A program made the position numbers and the translations under genes. Positions 9,864-18,858 of a DNA stretch of 64,000 nt are shown here, one piece after another. Position 1 is the stretch's first letter; every line of letters starts with the position of its first letter. Source of the stretch: a virus; the IMG/VR virus record IMGVR_UViG_3300046792_000467; one strand, given 5' to 3'. The notes under the pieces were generated by a model. The model saw nothing but the letters and a program-made list of their open reading frames with translations, did not search any database and was not told where the DNA came from.

Positions 9864-10055
9864 TTACGGCGCTTTCCTTCGCATCCACGCGCTCGCCCCG
9901 CGCAGAGTCTTGAACGGGCGCGAGCGCACGAAAGCCGCGACTACGAATGTTCCGTCCGGCTGCTGAATGGTGTGAAGTACAATGTACTCGTCGTTCCGGT
10001 CGAGTGCCTTGCGGATCGCGGCGAGGGTGTTGCGCTTAGTCGGGTAGCCTCTCAT
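9864..10055 (-). CDS. hypothetical protein (63 aa)
   Basis: Internal Met (MRGYPTKRN...) whose start overlaps the stop of the upstream gene at 10052. Confidence 0.4.
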   Translation of the reverse strand: MRGYPTKRNTLAAIRKALDRNDEYIVLHTIQQPDGTFVVAAFVRSRPFKTLRGASAWMRRKAP

Positions 10056-10621
10056 GGTGTTGCTCCTTCCGTTAATCGCCAAGCCCTCGTGATGGCATCG
10101 GGCAGATTCTCCTTGGTGTACCGGAGCACGTTCGGGTGCGAGTAGCCCTCGTTCCACGGATGAGCGGGCATCAGCACCAATCCGCGCGGGCGCCATTCGA
10201 GCCAGCGATCGACGTACGCGGGCCAGTCGTCGACCAGAATCTTGCCATACACGAGGCCCTTGTCCTCGGTGATGGTCACCGGCACCGACGGTAGATGCTT
10301 GCGGCACCACTCGACCTTCTCTGTCCAGCAGCCGGCGTTGCGCTTCGACGGTCCCTTGGTGAGCACCATGAGACGGAAGCCGAGGACGCTGAGCGCTTCG
10401 ACAATTTCCAGTCCGAGTTCGAGCGGCTCGAGGTTCCTCCACCAGCCTGGCTGATCCTGGATGAGCTTCTTCCGTTCGATCATGTGCGCGGGCGCGTCGT
10501 CGTACCAGACGAGCTCTTCTCCGGGGCTTGCGATCTTCGCCATGTCGCGGCGCATCGCCCCGTCGTAGTCGCAGAGCGTTCCGTCCATGTCCACCAGCGC
10601 GATCAATTCGGATTCAGCCAT
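10052..10621 (-). CDS. HAD-superfamily 5'(3')-deoxyribonucleotidase-like protein
   Basis: DMDGTLCDY (DxDGT motif I) close to the N-terminus, and size and layout typical of NT5C-type nucleotidases; start set at MAESE. Confidence 0.7.
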   Translation of the reverse strand: MAESELIALVDMDGTLCDYDGAMRRDMAKIASPGEELVWYDDAPAHMIERKKLIQDQPGWWRNLEPLELGLEIVEALSVLGFRLMVLTKGPSKRNAGCWTEKVEWCRKHLPSVPVTITEDKGLVYGKILVDDWPAYVDRWLEWRPRGLVLMPAHPWNEGYSHPNVLRYTKENLPDAITRAWRLTEGATP

Positions 10622-11558
10622 CTGTTCCCTTCCTGCGCTGCGCTGCTTCTCGACGAGCCTCGAGCAACTCCGCCGCGGTTGGGTCGACGCCAAAGTTGAA
10701 CGCTTCGGACCAGCAGGAGCCGCAGAGTTCATTATGAGGCTCCGGCTCAAGACAGACCCCGCAGCCGCCGCATACATCGCGCTCGTGTGGCCCTATCCCT
10801 CCCTTGTTCTTGAAGCCAGGAAGGAAGAGCACGCCGACCGTGGCGAACACCGCCGGGCGCCAGACGTTCCCGCAGTTCTGGCAGGCGTGCGTGTGGTGCG
10901 GCTTCGTAGCGAACTCCCCGACGTCTTCGTGCATTGTGCTGCACGCGGGACAAGGGAGCCGCATCGGAAGCGGAGAGGGCTCCGATATGTTGTGTGTCGC
11001 AGTCGCAGGACCCAGAAACCGAAAACGCTCACGCCCGTCCTTCGGGGTCAGCCATCCGTCTGGGTCAGCTGCCGAGCCTCGCAGGGGGCGAATGTTGAGG
11101 GACTTCTTTGCGTGGGACCGGTACACCACAAAGAGCTCGCGAGTCTCGTGATGATACGCCAGGCCCGTGGCCGTATACCTGTCGCCCTTGTAGTGTTCGT
11201 ACTCCCCAAGAGGACAGTCCGAGTGGCTCGCGGCGTCTGTGCCGTGGTCGGAACGGGAGGACTGGGCCTCTTCGAGCACTGCGATGCGGTCCTGGGCGAG
11301 AATCAGTGCCTTTTCGGATGCGCGGTGAGCTTCCCATGCTTCATCGCGTGCCTTCGTCAGGCGGTCGACGTCGGAATGGTGTGAGGCGAGCCGTATGCGA
11401 AGCCCCCCTAGTTCGGTGAGCAGCGCGGTCTGTTCTGGCGTCCGGATGAGGTGCGCGCAGTACTCTTCCCGTTGTTCTTTAGTGAGAGCGTTAACGGTTC
11501 GCGCCAGCTCCTTCGGCTCGAGGGCAACATAGGCGGGGGAGGCAAGAACAAGTGTCAT
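10614..11558 (-). CDS. DUF1653-like domain protein with coiled coil and C-terminal Cys clusters
   Basis: YEHYKGDRYTATGLAYHHETRELFVVYR resembles the DUF1653 core; several CxxC pairs at the C-terminus; start set at MTLVL (ATGA overlap with the upstream ORF). Confidence 0.55.
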   Translation of the reverse strand: MTLVLASPAYVALEPKELARTVNALTKEQREEYCAHLIRTPEQTALLTELGGLRIRLASHHSDVDRLTKARDEAWEAHRASEKALILAQDRIAVLEEAQSSRSDHGTDAASHSDCPLGEYEHYKGDRYTATGLAYHHETRELFVVYRSHAKKSLNIRPLRGSAADPDGWLTPKDGRERFRFLGPATATHNISEPSPLPMRLPCPACSTMHEDVGEFATKPHHTHACQNCGNVWRPAVFATVGVLFLPGFKNKGGIGPHERDVCGGCGVCLEPEPHNELCGSCWSEAFNFGVDPTAAELLEARREAAQRRKGTDG

Positions 11559-11743
11559 GTGGTCCTCTTCGATTTTGGCGAGCGCGCCTTGTCGTTCCAT
11601 CGAATCTCTAGCCGCGGCCGTCCGTCGCGCGCGCAAACGAGTCGGATGCGCGCGCTCTCCGGCACCGGAACCGCGTCGTCTTTACTGTCGCGCACTACCA
11701 CCTCCAGGACGTGGCGCAGACTCAGATCGATTCCGCGCGTCAC
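11555..11743 (-). CDS. hypothetical protein (62 aa)
   Basis: 4-nt start/stop overlaps on both sides. Confidence 0.45.
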   Translation of the reverse strand: MTRGIDLSLRHVLEVVVRDSKDDAVPVPESARIRLVCARDGRPRLEIRWNDKARSPKSKRTT

Positions 11744-11970
11744 GGCGCCGCCTCCGTTTTAGACGATGGTAGCGTGCGCCGCGGCCAGTTCACGAGCGGC
11801 GTGTCGTAGGCCAGCATGAGCGGATGACGCGGCGACCCGTCCTTCGTCGTTCCGAAGCATCGCAGGGTCCCGCTTCGTCTCGACTTCACCCAGACGAGCG
11901 ATCTCTTCGAGATCTCGAAGAGCCACTTCGGTAGCGGCCCGCCCCACGCGGCAACGCACAACGGATTCAT
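11740..11970 (-). CDS. hypothetical protein (76 aa)
   Basis: By eye, this frame has much higher third-position GC than the competing frame 11759..11959; GTGA overlap with the downstream gene. Confidence 0.5.
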   Translation of the reverse strand: MNPLCVAAWGGPLPKWLFEISKRSLVWVKSRRSGTLRCFGTTKDGSPRHPLMLAYDTPLVNWPRRTLPSSKTEAAP

Positions 11971-12126
11971 GAGCGCGAGCCCGAGAAACTCGTCATTATG
12001 AGGCCCCCGCGCGTCGATTCGCGGGATGTCCTTGGGTTTCGTCGCGCGCCAGGCCAGGAGATTCGCGACCAGGATCCCTCCGCAGTGGTGACGCTTCGCG
12101 AACCCGATGCACTTCCGAATCGAGCG

Positions 12127-12645
12127 TCATTTGCAACCGAACCCTGGCGGCATTGAAAAGAGGCACCCGCAAACGCCCGCGAATGGGTTGTACGGGATCT
12201 GTCCGGGATCAACGCAGCAGGCTCCATCGGTGCAGTCCGGGCAGACGGTTACGCTGTAGATGTGGCCATCTGCTTCTCGCTTGCCGCAGCAGAAGGAGCC
12301 GCCCTGGGCGCGGCACGCGAGAACCGGATCGACGGGCGTCCGGCCGGCGTCAGGGGGCTCTGGTACGCCTCCCTCGACGCCCGCCCCGCCGGTTCCGGCT
12401 CCGCCGCTGCTGCCGGCAGCGCCCCCTGAGGCCACATGAGCCCCTCCGGACGCCACGGCGCGCCCTCCCCCACCGCTGGCGCCACCGGCGCCGCCCGAGC
12501 TTGGCCGGCCCCCTGACGGTAGGACGGCGCGCCCAGCGCCGCCGTCCCGGGAGCACTGGTAGCACGTGGTGAAGTCCGCTCCGCCGCACGACGTGAGCAG
12601 CCAGAGGAGGATGAGACAGAGAATAGCGATGATGAGTTTTGTCAT
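12127..12645 (-). CDS. Gly-rich lipoprotein with Cys-rich C-terminal domain
   Basis: Lipobox LLTSC followed by GGADFT, a long Gly/Ala/Ser tract and a Cys-rich tail; paralogue of 24886..25380. Confidence 0.65.
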   Translation of the reverse strand: MTKLIIAILCLILLWLLTSCGGADFTTCYQCSRDGGAGRAVLPSGGRPSSGGAGGASGGGGRAVASGGAHVASGGAAGSSGGAGTGGAGVEGGVPEPPDAGRTPVDPVLACRAQGGSFCCGKREADGHIYSVTVCPDCTDGACCVDPGQIPYNPFAGVCGCLFSMPPGFGCK

Positions 12646-13196
12646 GGGCTCCCCGGCGTTTCCTCGATCACGCCCCGCTCGCTCTTGAGCTCAGCGCGGA
12701 TCGCGTCCTGCAGTCTTGGGAAGGAGATCTTGGCCCAATGCTCGAGGCCTCGCGACATGCGATAGACGCCGAACTCGAAGGCCTCCTCGATCCGTGTCTC
12801 CGCGATCCAGTGGTGAAAGCCAACCTCCCCGTCGTCCTCGACGCTGCTGTTGGCCAGCGCCCATTCATGACGAGCCTGACTCTTCGAGAGGCCAAGCTCC
12901 CTCCTGGTCTTCAGGATGTAGGACTGGATGCGCTTCCGCGTTTCCTCCCCGTCGTAGACCTTCAGTTCTTCCCTCCGTCCGGAGCCGAACTTGGTAGCAA
13001 CGTAGTGCCAGTCAGCCTGCAACAGGAACTCACGGAAGTCCGAGTGCCCACAATGCTGCACGCTCCATCGGTAGCACCAGTCTCCGTAGTCCGAGCAGAC
13101 CGCGACCGTGCCCGTGGAGTCCACGAAGACGATGGACCAGGAGTCACGCCAGTCCGGGAGCGACGGCAGGTGATATCGGTAGGTGCTGACGGTCAT
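12642..13196 (-). CDS. hypothetical protein (184 aa)
   Basis: ORF track; 4-nt overlaps with both neighbours. Confidence 0.55.
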   Translation of the reverse strand: MTVSTYRYHLPSLPDWRDSWSIVFVDSTGTVAVCSDYGDWCYRWSVQHCGHSDFREFLLQADWHYVATKFGSGRREELKVYDGEETRKRIQSYILKTRRELGLSKSQARHEWALANSSVEDDGEVGFHHWIAETRIEEAFEFGVYRMSRGLEHWAKISFPRLQDAIRAELKSERGVIEETPGSP

Positions 13197-13483
13197 GGGT
13201 GGCCCAATGTCGGGTACAGATCAGGACGGTCACTCATGAATGGAATCGCGGTCCGGCGCGCCAGGCACTCTGAGACGCTGTCCGCCATCACGTCTTTGCC
13301 GTTAAGGAAGCCGCGATAGTAAGCGTCCTTCACGTTCCGCGCCGCCTGCGCCAGGAGTCGCTCCTTCTCCTTCTCGAACTCGGCTGTGACGCGGTCGAAC
13401 TCGCTCTTCATCGAGAGGCGCTCCGCCGCGACGGCTCGCGCGATGGCGTCATCTCTTTCTTGTTTCAGGTCGCGATATCTCAT
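13193..13483 (-). CDS. hypothetical protein (96 aa, coiled-coil-like)
   Basis: ORF track; overlap-coupled to the downstream gene. Confidence 0.5.
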   Translation of the reverse strand: MRYRDLKQERDDAIARAVAAERLSMKSEFDRVTAEFEKEKERLLAQAARNVKDAYYRGFLNGKDVMADSVSECLARRTAIPFMSDRPDLYPTLGHP

Positions 13484-13514
13484 CGTCGAACTCTCCTCGC
13501 CCGCCGCAGTCCTC

Positions 13515-13889
13515 TCAGGCCGCCGATTCGTGAACGAGCCCGAGCGCCTTCAGCATTGCGCCGACGACCGCGACGTAGACGTGGTCCTTCTGCTGTTGCT
13601 GTGCCGGCAGGTCTTCATAGCGAACGATGCACGGGTGCTCTTTCTTCTCCGGATCCTTGACGGGTCCATACCTCCACCCCGCTGCGTTTTTCTCGTTAAG
13701 CCAGGATTCGTGCGACTGCTCCGGCGTGTTTCCGGCCATGACGCCAAGCACGCCGTTGATAGCGCTTGACCGTTGCCACTCGGGCGCGTCCTCCCAGGAC
13801 GGCTGCGACGTGTCGCCGATGGCGATGCAGTAGGCGCGGTTCGTCTCGTGGACAGCTCGGGCACAGGCCTCGATCTTCGGGTTGTTCAT
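13515..13889 (-). CDS. RyR (ryanodine-receptor repeat) domain protein
   Basis: HESWLNEKNAAGWRYGPVKDPEKKEHPCIVRYEDLPAQQQQKD matches the W..K...GW.YG...D...K.HP.LVPY..L....K..D pattern of RyR-domain proteins found in phages. Confidence 0.7.
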   Translation of the reverse strand: MNNPKIEACARAVHETNRAYCIAIGDTSQPSWEDAPEWQRSSAINGVLGVMAGNTPEQSHESWLNEKNAAGWRYGPVKDPEKKEHPCIVRYEDLPAQQQQKDHVYVAVVGAMLKALGLVHESAA

Positions 13890-14165
13890 CTTCGGGTCCT
13901 TTCGGTGAATCAGGTCAAACGTTTCCGGAAGCTAGCGCACCCCCGCGGGGCGTCTCTCTCGGTGACCGTCGCGACGGCCCCAGCCCGAAGGCATGTTGAA
14001 CGAGAGAAACGTCGCTTCCCCGCGGGCTGGCACCGGAAGCACCTTGCGGCTCATACCCGGTGTTGTTCCATAGCCTATGCGAATCAGCCGGTGCTCCTTG
14101 GCGCGTTTCTGGGTAGCGCTCTCTCCCCTGAACCCAACGGCTCGTACTGTCGTCGCCAGTGCGCC

Positions 14166-14417
14166 TCACTTTGAAACGATGCCTCCCCGATCCATAGGAT
14201 GAGGAAGAATCGTAGTCCCGGATGAGTCGTGCTTTTGCCACTCCAGAGCATCTTCCAAGGTTTTCAACGCATCCTTCATTCGCACGACAGCAGTCGCCAC
14301 CGGAACCGTAATCCCTAACGGCTTACCGCAATGGGCGCACGACACCCATGCATAGGCAGAGCCGGGCCCCCGGCGCGCGATCTTGTGCTCGCACAGATTC
14401 TCACTTTCCTTGCTCAC
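14166..14417 (-). CDS. hypothetical zinc-ribbon-like protein (83 aa)
   Basis: GTG start with GTGA overlap to the upstream stop; CEH...CAHCG motif. Confidence 0.4.
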   Translation of the reverse strand: MSKESENLCEHKIARRGPGSAYAWVSCAHCGKPLGITVPVATAVVRMKDALKTLEDALEWQKHDSSGTTILPHPMDRGGIVSK

Positions 14418-14905
14418 GTCGATTGGTCCTTTCCGGGATCCAGAAGCGTACCGGCGCCGACCCATCGGAAAGCCTCGCCGTCGTGTTCCAAAACGCCAAG
14501 CGACGTGAGCGTCCTCAATATCATGTAGAGCGTGTCCCCGAGCGGGTTGGCGGACCAGAAAACCCACTTGTGTTCGCCCCATGCCGTGGCCTCCGGCCAC
14601 TCCGGCAGAAGACCGAGCACGACACCGAGATGGTACGCAGCAACGTCGAAGTCGGTCCACGTGGCGAGACGTGTCCGTAACGGCAAAACCAGCTCACCGA
14701 GCTTCGGTGTACTCGTTTCGCCCGCATCCGCGGGGCCGCCGTATGCTACGAGCAGCAAGACCTCGCGGACCATCTCCTTGCTCCAGGCCCAGTCGTCTAT
14801 GCGAAGGTGTTGATACACTAGACTCGCCCCGACTTCGTCGCAGATGCGTTGCGCCTGAAGACAGTCAGCGTCCGTGATGGGCCGGGTATGGAGGTCACTC
14901 GTCAT
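14414..14905 (-). CDS. hypothetical protein (163 aa)
   Basis: ORF track; co-directional block. Confidence 0.5.
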   Translation of the reverse strand: MTSDLHTRPITDADCLQAQRICDEVGASLVYQHLRIDDWAWSKEMVREVLLLVAYGGPADAGETSTPKLGELVLPLRTRLATWTDFDVAAYHLGVVLGLLPEWPEATAWGEHKWVFWSANPLGDTLYMILRTLTSLGVLEHDGEAFRWVGAGTLLDPGKDQST

Positions 14906-14907
14906 GG

Positions 14908-15159
14908 TCAGTATCCCTTGTTCGCGTCGCGCCGTAGATCGCCACCGAGCATCGCCGCGCCGAGTTCTTGCAAGACGTGCCCGAGCGCCATCAGTTCGCG
15001 CCCGGTGAGATTACCGGGCGTCTCCGGGTCGAAGGTATGGGTTAGACTCACGAAGGGCACCTCGAGGTGAACCGTGCGAATCGCATGGTCCTCCACCGTG
15101 GCGACGCCGAGGATTCTGACGCCACTCACCTTCGCGAGCTCGAATATCTGCTGGCTCAT
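14908..15159 (-). CDS. hypothetical protein (83 aa)
   Basis: ORF track; preceded by an intergenic region that carries GGCTAGCC boxes. Confidence 0.5.
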   Translation of the reverse strand: MSQQIFELAKVSGVRILGVATVEDHAIRTVHLEVPFVSLTHTFDPETPGNLTGRELMALGHVLQELGAAMLGGDLRRDANKGY

Positions 15160-15170
15160 GCGCCCACGTA

Positions 15171-15200
15171 TCTAGCACGAGCTAGCCACTCTGGCTAGCC
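15171..15200. promoter_or_regulatory. cluster of CTAG-centred palindromic boxes (TCTAGC, AGCTAGCC, GGCTAGCC)
   Basis: Read directly in the 52-nt intergenic gap upstream of the minus-strand gene 14908..15159. The same box architecture recurs at 27940, 40428, 54892 and 39037. Confidence 0.45.
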
Positions 15201-15211
15201 ACTTCGCGAAG

Positions 15212-15769
15212 TCAGTGGGACATGGCCCATTCGGCCTCTACCACCAGCGAGTCGAACTCCTTGGCGGCGTACTTCCCCAGCTCTTTCTTCACAATGGAGC
15301 GAGCGAGACCCCGCACCGTCCGCGGGTCGACGAGGAGAACGTAGAGGTCGCCGAGATCCTTGTCCTCCCGTCCCGCCATCATCTTGAGCGCGATCATGTA
15401 CTCGCGGGTGACGATGGGGATGCCGCCCTTCTCGAGCGGCTCCGCGTGCGAGCGCGCGTGCTCGAACAGCTCGTACCACTCGGAGTCTCGCTCCGGAACA
15501 ATGACGTCGATCTGCACCCCGTTCGGGAGCCGGCCGCTGTATCCCGGCACGATGGCGAGGGGCTTGTCGACCGGGACTCCGGGGATTGGCGCTTCCGCGA
15601 TGACGTCGATGTCGGCGGTCAGACGGTCGGAGCCGTAGATCTGCATCGCGATGCCGCCGGCGAGCGCGATGTCCAGTCCCTCCTCCAGCGCCAGCGCATG
15701 CACCTCGTCGATGCTCGAGTCGATGACGTCGGGGGACAGGAACTTGTTGGCGATGTAGCGGCGGGTCAT
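15212..15769 (-). CDS. nucleotidyltransferase-fold protein (AbiEii/MNT-like)
   Basis: GGIAMQIYGSDRLTADIDVI (G-G...Y-G..R.T.DID) and the later K..AGR.KD..D pattern are typical of minimal nucleotidyltransferase families. Confidence 0.5.
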   Translation of the reverse strand: MTRRYIANKFLSPDVIDSSIDEVHALALEEGLDIALAGGIAMQIYGSDRLTADIDVIAEAPIPGVPVDKPLAIVPGYSGRLPNGVQIDVIVPERDSEWYELFEHARSHAEPLEKGGIPIVTREYMIALKMMAGREDKDLGDLYVLLVDPRTVRGLARSIVKKELGKYAAKEFDSLVVEAEWAMSH

Positions 15770-16011
15770 TTGAGGCGCTCCCGAGCCAGCTCGTCCTCCA
15801 GAGCAATGACGGCGCGGCGGAGGCGCCAGACCTCACCCGCCAGGAGCCGCATCGCGAAGCTCCCCTCAATCCACGCTTGCTCCGTGAGCTGCTCGAGTGC
15901 TGCTACGGATAGCGGCGAGTAGGTGCCGTCTCGCAACAGGCGCTTGCGTTCTGTGACGCAGGCCTTGCAAAAGCACGGCTCCAGGGCTCGATGCGGCGGC
16001 GACTCCGTCAT
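15766..16011 (-). CDS. hypothetical protein (81 aa)
   Basis: ORF track; 4-nt overlaps with both neighbours. Confidence 0.45.
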   Translation of the reverse strand: MTESPPHRALEPCFCKACVTERKRLLRDGTYSPLSVAALEQLTEQAWIEGSFAMRLLAGEVWRLRRAVIALEDELARERLK

Positions 16012-16538
16012 CGTGGCCCCATCGAGATGGTGACCAGGGTACGGCCGCCGCGCTGGATCTCGAGGATGACGGCCTCCTGCCGAAGGTCGGTCGCCAAGAT
16101 CTCCGCCAGGTCTTCCATCTGCTTCTTGAAGACTGTGACCGATGTCCCGAGCTCCGGGGTGTTCAAGAGGAAGATCTGTGCTCCCTTCTCGTCGACCGTG
16201 AGGCGCTCGCCGTCCTCGGTCTCCGTGTGCGTGTAGATGCCACGCTGAAGCACGAACGTGGACGCCGGGTCACCGACTTGCTGCTTCCGGACTCGCCGCA
16301 CGATGCGGACGACGTCGTCCATGGTCCACCGGGGCTTTCGCCCGACGTTGAAGCCAACGATGATCCGGGCCGCGTAGAGGGCTTTCTTGGCGGACCAGTT
16401 CTTGACGTTCGGCGTCAGACGCTCTTCCTCCCCGTGCACGTAGAGCTTGCCGTTCGGGGAGAACCACCCGATGTCCCCCCGGTGGCCCCAGGAGAAGCGG
16501 CCGATGTTGGCCTCGAGCGAGATGTATTTTTTGCTCAT
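16008..16538 (-). CDS. hypothetical protein (176 aa)
   Basis: ORF track; overlap-coupled. Confidence 0.5.
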   Translation of the reverse strand: MSKKYISLEANIGRFSWGHRGDIGWFSPNGKLYVHGEEERLTPNVKNWSAKKALYAARIIVGFNVGRKPRWTMDDVVRIVRRVRKQQVGDPASTFVLQRGIYTHTETEDGERLTVDEKGAQIFLLNTPELGTSVTVFKKQMEDLAEILATDLRQEAVILEIQRGGRTLVTISMGPR

Positions 16539-16738
16539 GGCGACCCCGCAGTCTTCGGGTCGTCTGCGTCCGAAGCCACGATGCCGCCTTCGAGAAGCTT
16601 GAACAGGAATATTCGAGCCAGATCGACGCCGCCGTCCATTGGGATGTTCATGTAAACCGCGTTGAGGTGCGGCGCGCTCCGCTTCAAGAAAGCCACCGAG
16701 TCGTAGTGCGCTGGCGGCGGAGTATTGTTTTTGGTCAT
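16535..16738 (-). CDS. hypothetical protein (67 aa)
   Basis: ORF track; overlap-coupled. Confidence 0.45.
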   Translation of the reverse strand: MTKNNTPPPAHYDSVAFLKRSAPHLNAVYMNIPMDGGVDLARIFLFKLLEGGIVASDADDPKTAGSP

Positions 16739-16748
16739 GGTCGTTCCT

Positions 16749-17048
16749 TCAGTGTAACTCGAGGCTTGCGGCTGGACGTGACAGCTTCAGCCGGAGCTTG
16801 AACCGCGTCACCGTACGCCGCATCCGAGCTACCCACACCGGGTCTCGCCCCTCATGCCCCCTCCGATCGAGGTAGGCCTCCATTCGCGCGATGACGGGGA
16901 CCATGCGATGAAGCATCATCGCCGGCTCGCCACGAGTCAGGACGTCGTCCAGCAGGGAACAGGTTTCGATAAGAATGGCAGCGATTGCGCTCGCTTGCTC
17001 CCTCTCCTTCTCGTCAGCCAGCTTCGCTGCTGTCTTCTTCCGCGGCAT
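16749..17048 (-). CDS. hypothetical protein (start tentative)
   Basis: Internal Met (MPRKK) chosen to limit overlap with the upstream gene. Confidence 0.4.
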   Translation of the reverse strand: MPRKKTAAKLADEKEREQASAIAAILIETCSLLDDVLTRGEPAMMLHRMVPVIARMEAYLDRRGHEGRDPVWVARMRRTVTRFKLRLKLSRPAASLELH

Positions 17049-17400
17049 CGCCCCCTCCCTTCTTCCTCTTCGGCGCACCGTAGCCTGGGGGCTTCTCGAC
17101 TTCACGCAAGGGATAGTCGGGCGGGAAGGCGACGTAGGCCTTGGACTCGGCGCCCTCGCCAGTCTCCTTCCGGTAGCGGAGGAGGCGCTGGGCGAGCACG
17201 TGCCCGTCCGTCCGGCAGCGCTCCAGGGCCTGGAGGATGAAGCGATCGGCGGGGCGCATGAGAGCGACGCTCTGGAGCGACAGTTTCTTCCCGAGGCGCC
17301 GCACTGTGGGTGCGTCGCAGATCCGGTAGTACGTCGTGCCTGGGTCTCGGGTCAGCCGGTAGATCTTCCCCGGCTCCGCGTCGCGGGCAAAGACCGTCAT
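17014..17400 (-). CDS. hypothetical protein (128 aa)
   Basis: Internal Met MTVFARD; ATGA overlap with the stop of 17397..17930. Confidence 0.45.
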   Translation of the reverse strand: MTVFARDAEPGKIYRLTRDPGTTYYRICDAPTVRRLGKKLSLQSVALMRPADRFILQALERCRTDGHVLAQRLLRYRKETGEGAESKAYVAFPPDYPLREVEKPPGYGAPKRKKGGGDAAEEDSSEAG

Positions 17401-17930
17401 GCGTCGCCGCCCTTCGACATCGCGACCGGAACCCCAGCGTCTTCGACCCTGATCTTTTCCGGCCGCATCGCGTTCTCCATGGCTCGGATGTCCGTGTAGG
17501 CTGCCTCGTAACTCTCCCTCTCCGGGTACTGCCTCCGGAGCAGAGCGAGGGCGATGTGCCGAGCCACGGTCAGGACGAGAATCGTCTCCTCGAGCGTCGT
17601 CGCGCGGTCCCTGATGGCCTCTACGCATTCCGTGGCCGTGAAAGCAATCTGCTGCGCTGCCCCCTGGTTGAGCGGCATCATGGCCCGGTGGCGGCGGAGC
17701 TCTGTTTCCACAATGGCCGCGCCAAGGTCCGAATTGCCAGGGACAAACAACTCCGTCCAATCATGCTCGGGGGCCTCTTTGCTGAAGACAGCGAGGAGCG
17801 CCTGCGTCGCCAGGTTCAGCCCAGATAGCGCCCACAGCGGATCTCGGGCGGCCCGCAGCGCGGCTTCGAGCGCCCCTCTCATGATGGTCCATATCTCCTC
17901 GCTGTTCTTCAAGATCGTCTCGTCCGTCAT
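17397..17930 (-). CDS. hypothetical protein (177 aa)
   Basis: ORF track; overlap-coupled. Confidence 0.5.
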   Translation of the reverse strand: MTDETILKNSEEIWTIMRGALEAALRAARDPLWALSGLNLATQALLAVFSKEAPEHDWTELFVPGNSDLGAAIVETELRRHRAMMPLNQGAAQQIAFTATECVEAIRDRATTLEETILVLTVARHIALALLRRQYPERESYEAAYTDIRAMENAMRPEKIRVEDAGVPVAMSKGGDA

Positions 17931-18289
17931 GACTCGCTCTCCTTTGCCGTCGCGCGCAACACCGCGACCTCGTCCCGTGCGGCGGCCAGCTGGATGTACG
18001 CCTCGTCGAGGGCGCGAAGGAGCCCGCTCACGATGCGGGTCGCGTCTTCCGCCGACTGCTCGGTCCCTACCCTCTCCGTGTGGTGGCCGCCGTCCCGATG
18101 GATGACGGCGAGGAGGTCCCGAAACCAGCGGAGCTCTCCTCCCGCCGCGTCGCTCCCGGCCGAAGGAGGCTGGGAGATCCGGTAGCAGTGGGTGCGGAGC
18201 CGCTGAACGAGCGCTAGCAGCTCAGCCTCGCTCTCGGCCTCGAGCAGCTCAGCGATGAGCGATTCCGTTGTGTCCTGCTTGGCAGTCAT
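17927..18289 (-). CDS. hypothetical protein (120 aa)
   Basis: ORF track; overlap-coupled. Confidence 0.5.
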   Translation of the reverse strand: MTAKQDTTESLIAELLEAESEAELLALVQRLRTHCYRISQPPSAGSDAAGGELRWFRDLLAVIHRDGGHHTERVGTEQSAEDATRIVSGLLRALDEAYIQLAAARDEVAVLRATAKESES

Positions 18290-18858
18290 AGGGTAAACCC
18301 CCCGGTTCTCATGCGCAGGGCTAACAGCTCACGCTTCGCCTCGACAAGTTCCCTGCGCTCTCGGAGCACGCGTTCCCGGGCGTCGTAGACGGAGCGCGTA
18401 ACGCCGAGGCTTCGGGTGTGTTCGCCGCCGTCGTCGTGAACGAGGGCGAGAAGCCCCTCGAGCAACCCTTGGTAGTCCACTGGCTTTGCCGTCCGCCGTG
18501 CGTCATCGGTCTCTTCGTCGGTCACGGCTCCCAGAGGGGGTAGCGGATCCTCGACGATCTGACGCGCCGCCTCCTTCAGGATGCAGACGTAGCTCGAGGG
18601 GCTCGGACTGTCACCGTTGGCACGGAGCAGTTCGTCCACACCATGACAGGAACTCGCAAGCGCGTCCCATTTCTCGAGCGGGATATCGTTGAACGCCTCC
18701 CGTCCGCTTGTGGCGCTCTTGAGCAGCCGCTCCCTGCCGAAGGCAAAGAAGACGGCGGTCCAAACGCGACGAGTCACGTATTGGGCGTAGTATCGCCGGT
18801 GCAGAGCCGTGCCTTCGGGGCCCGCCGTGTAGTTGGCCATGTACTCAGCTCGCAACAT
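18286..18858 (-). CDS. hypothetical protein (190 aa)
   Basis: Start set at MLRAEY, which gives an ATGA overlap with the upstream stop. Confidence 0.5.
   Translation of the reverse strand: MLRAEYMANYTAGPEGTALHRRYYAQYVTRRVWTAVFFAFGRERLLKSATSGREAFNDIPLEKWDALASSCHGVDELLRANGDSPSPSSYVCILKEAARQIVEDPLPPLGAVTDEETDDARRTAKPVDYQGLLEGLLALVHDDGGEHTRSLGVTRSVYDARERVLRERRELVEAKRELLALRMRTGGFTL

Noticed and set aside
11967-12227. 86-aa minus-strand ORF between the lipoprotein gene and 11740..11970
   Set aside because: It overlaps the 3' end of the lipoprotein gene and has an R/S-rich composition that looks non-coding. The region was treated as intergenic.
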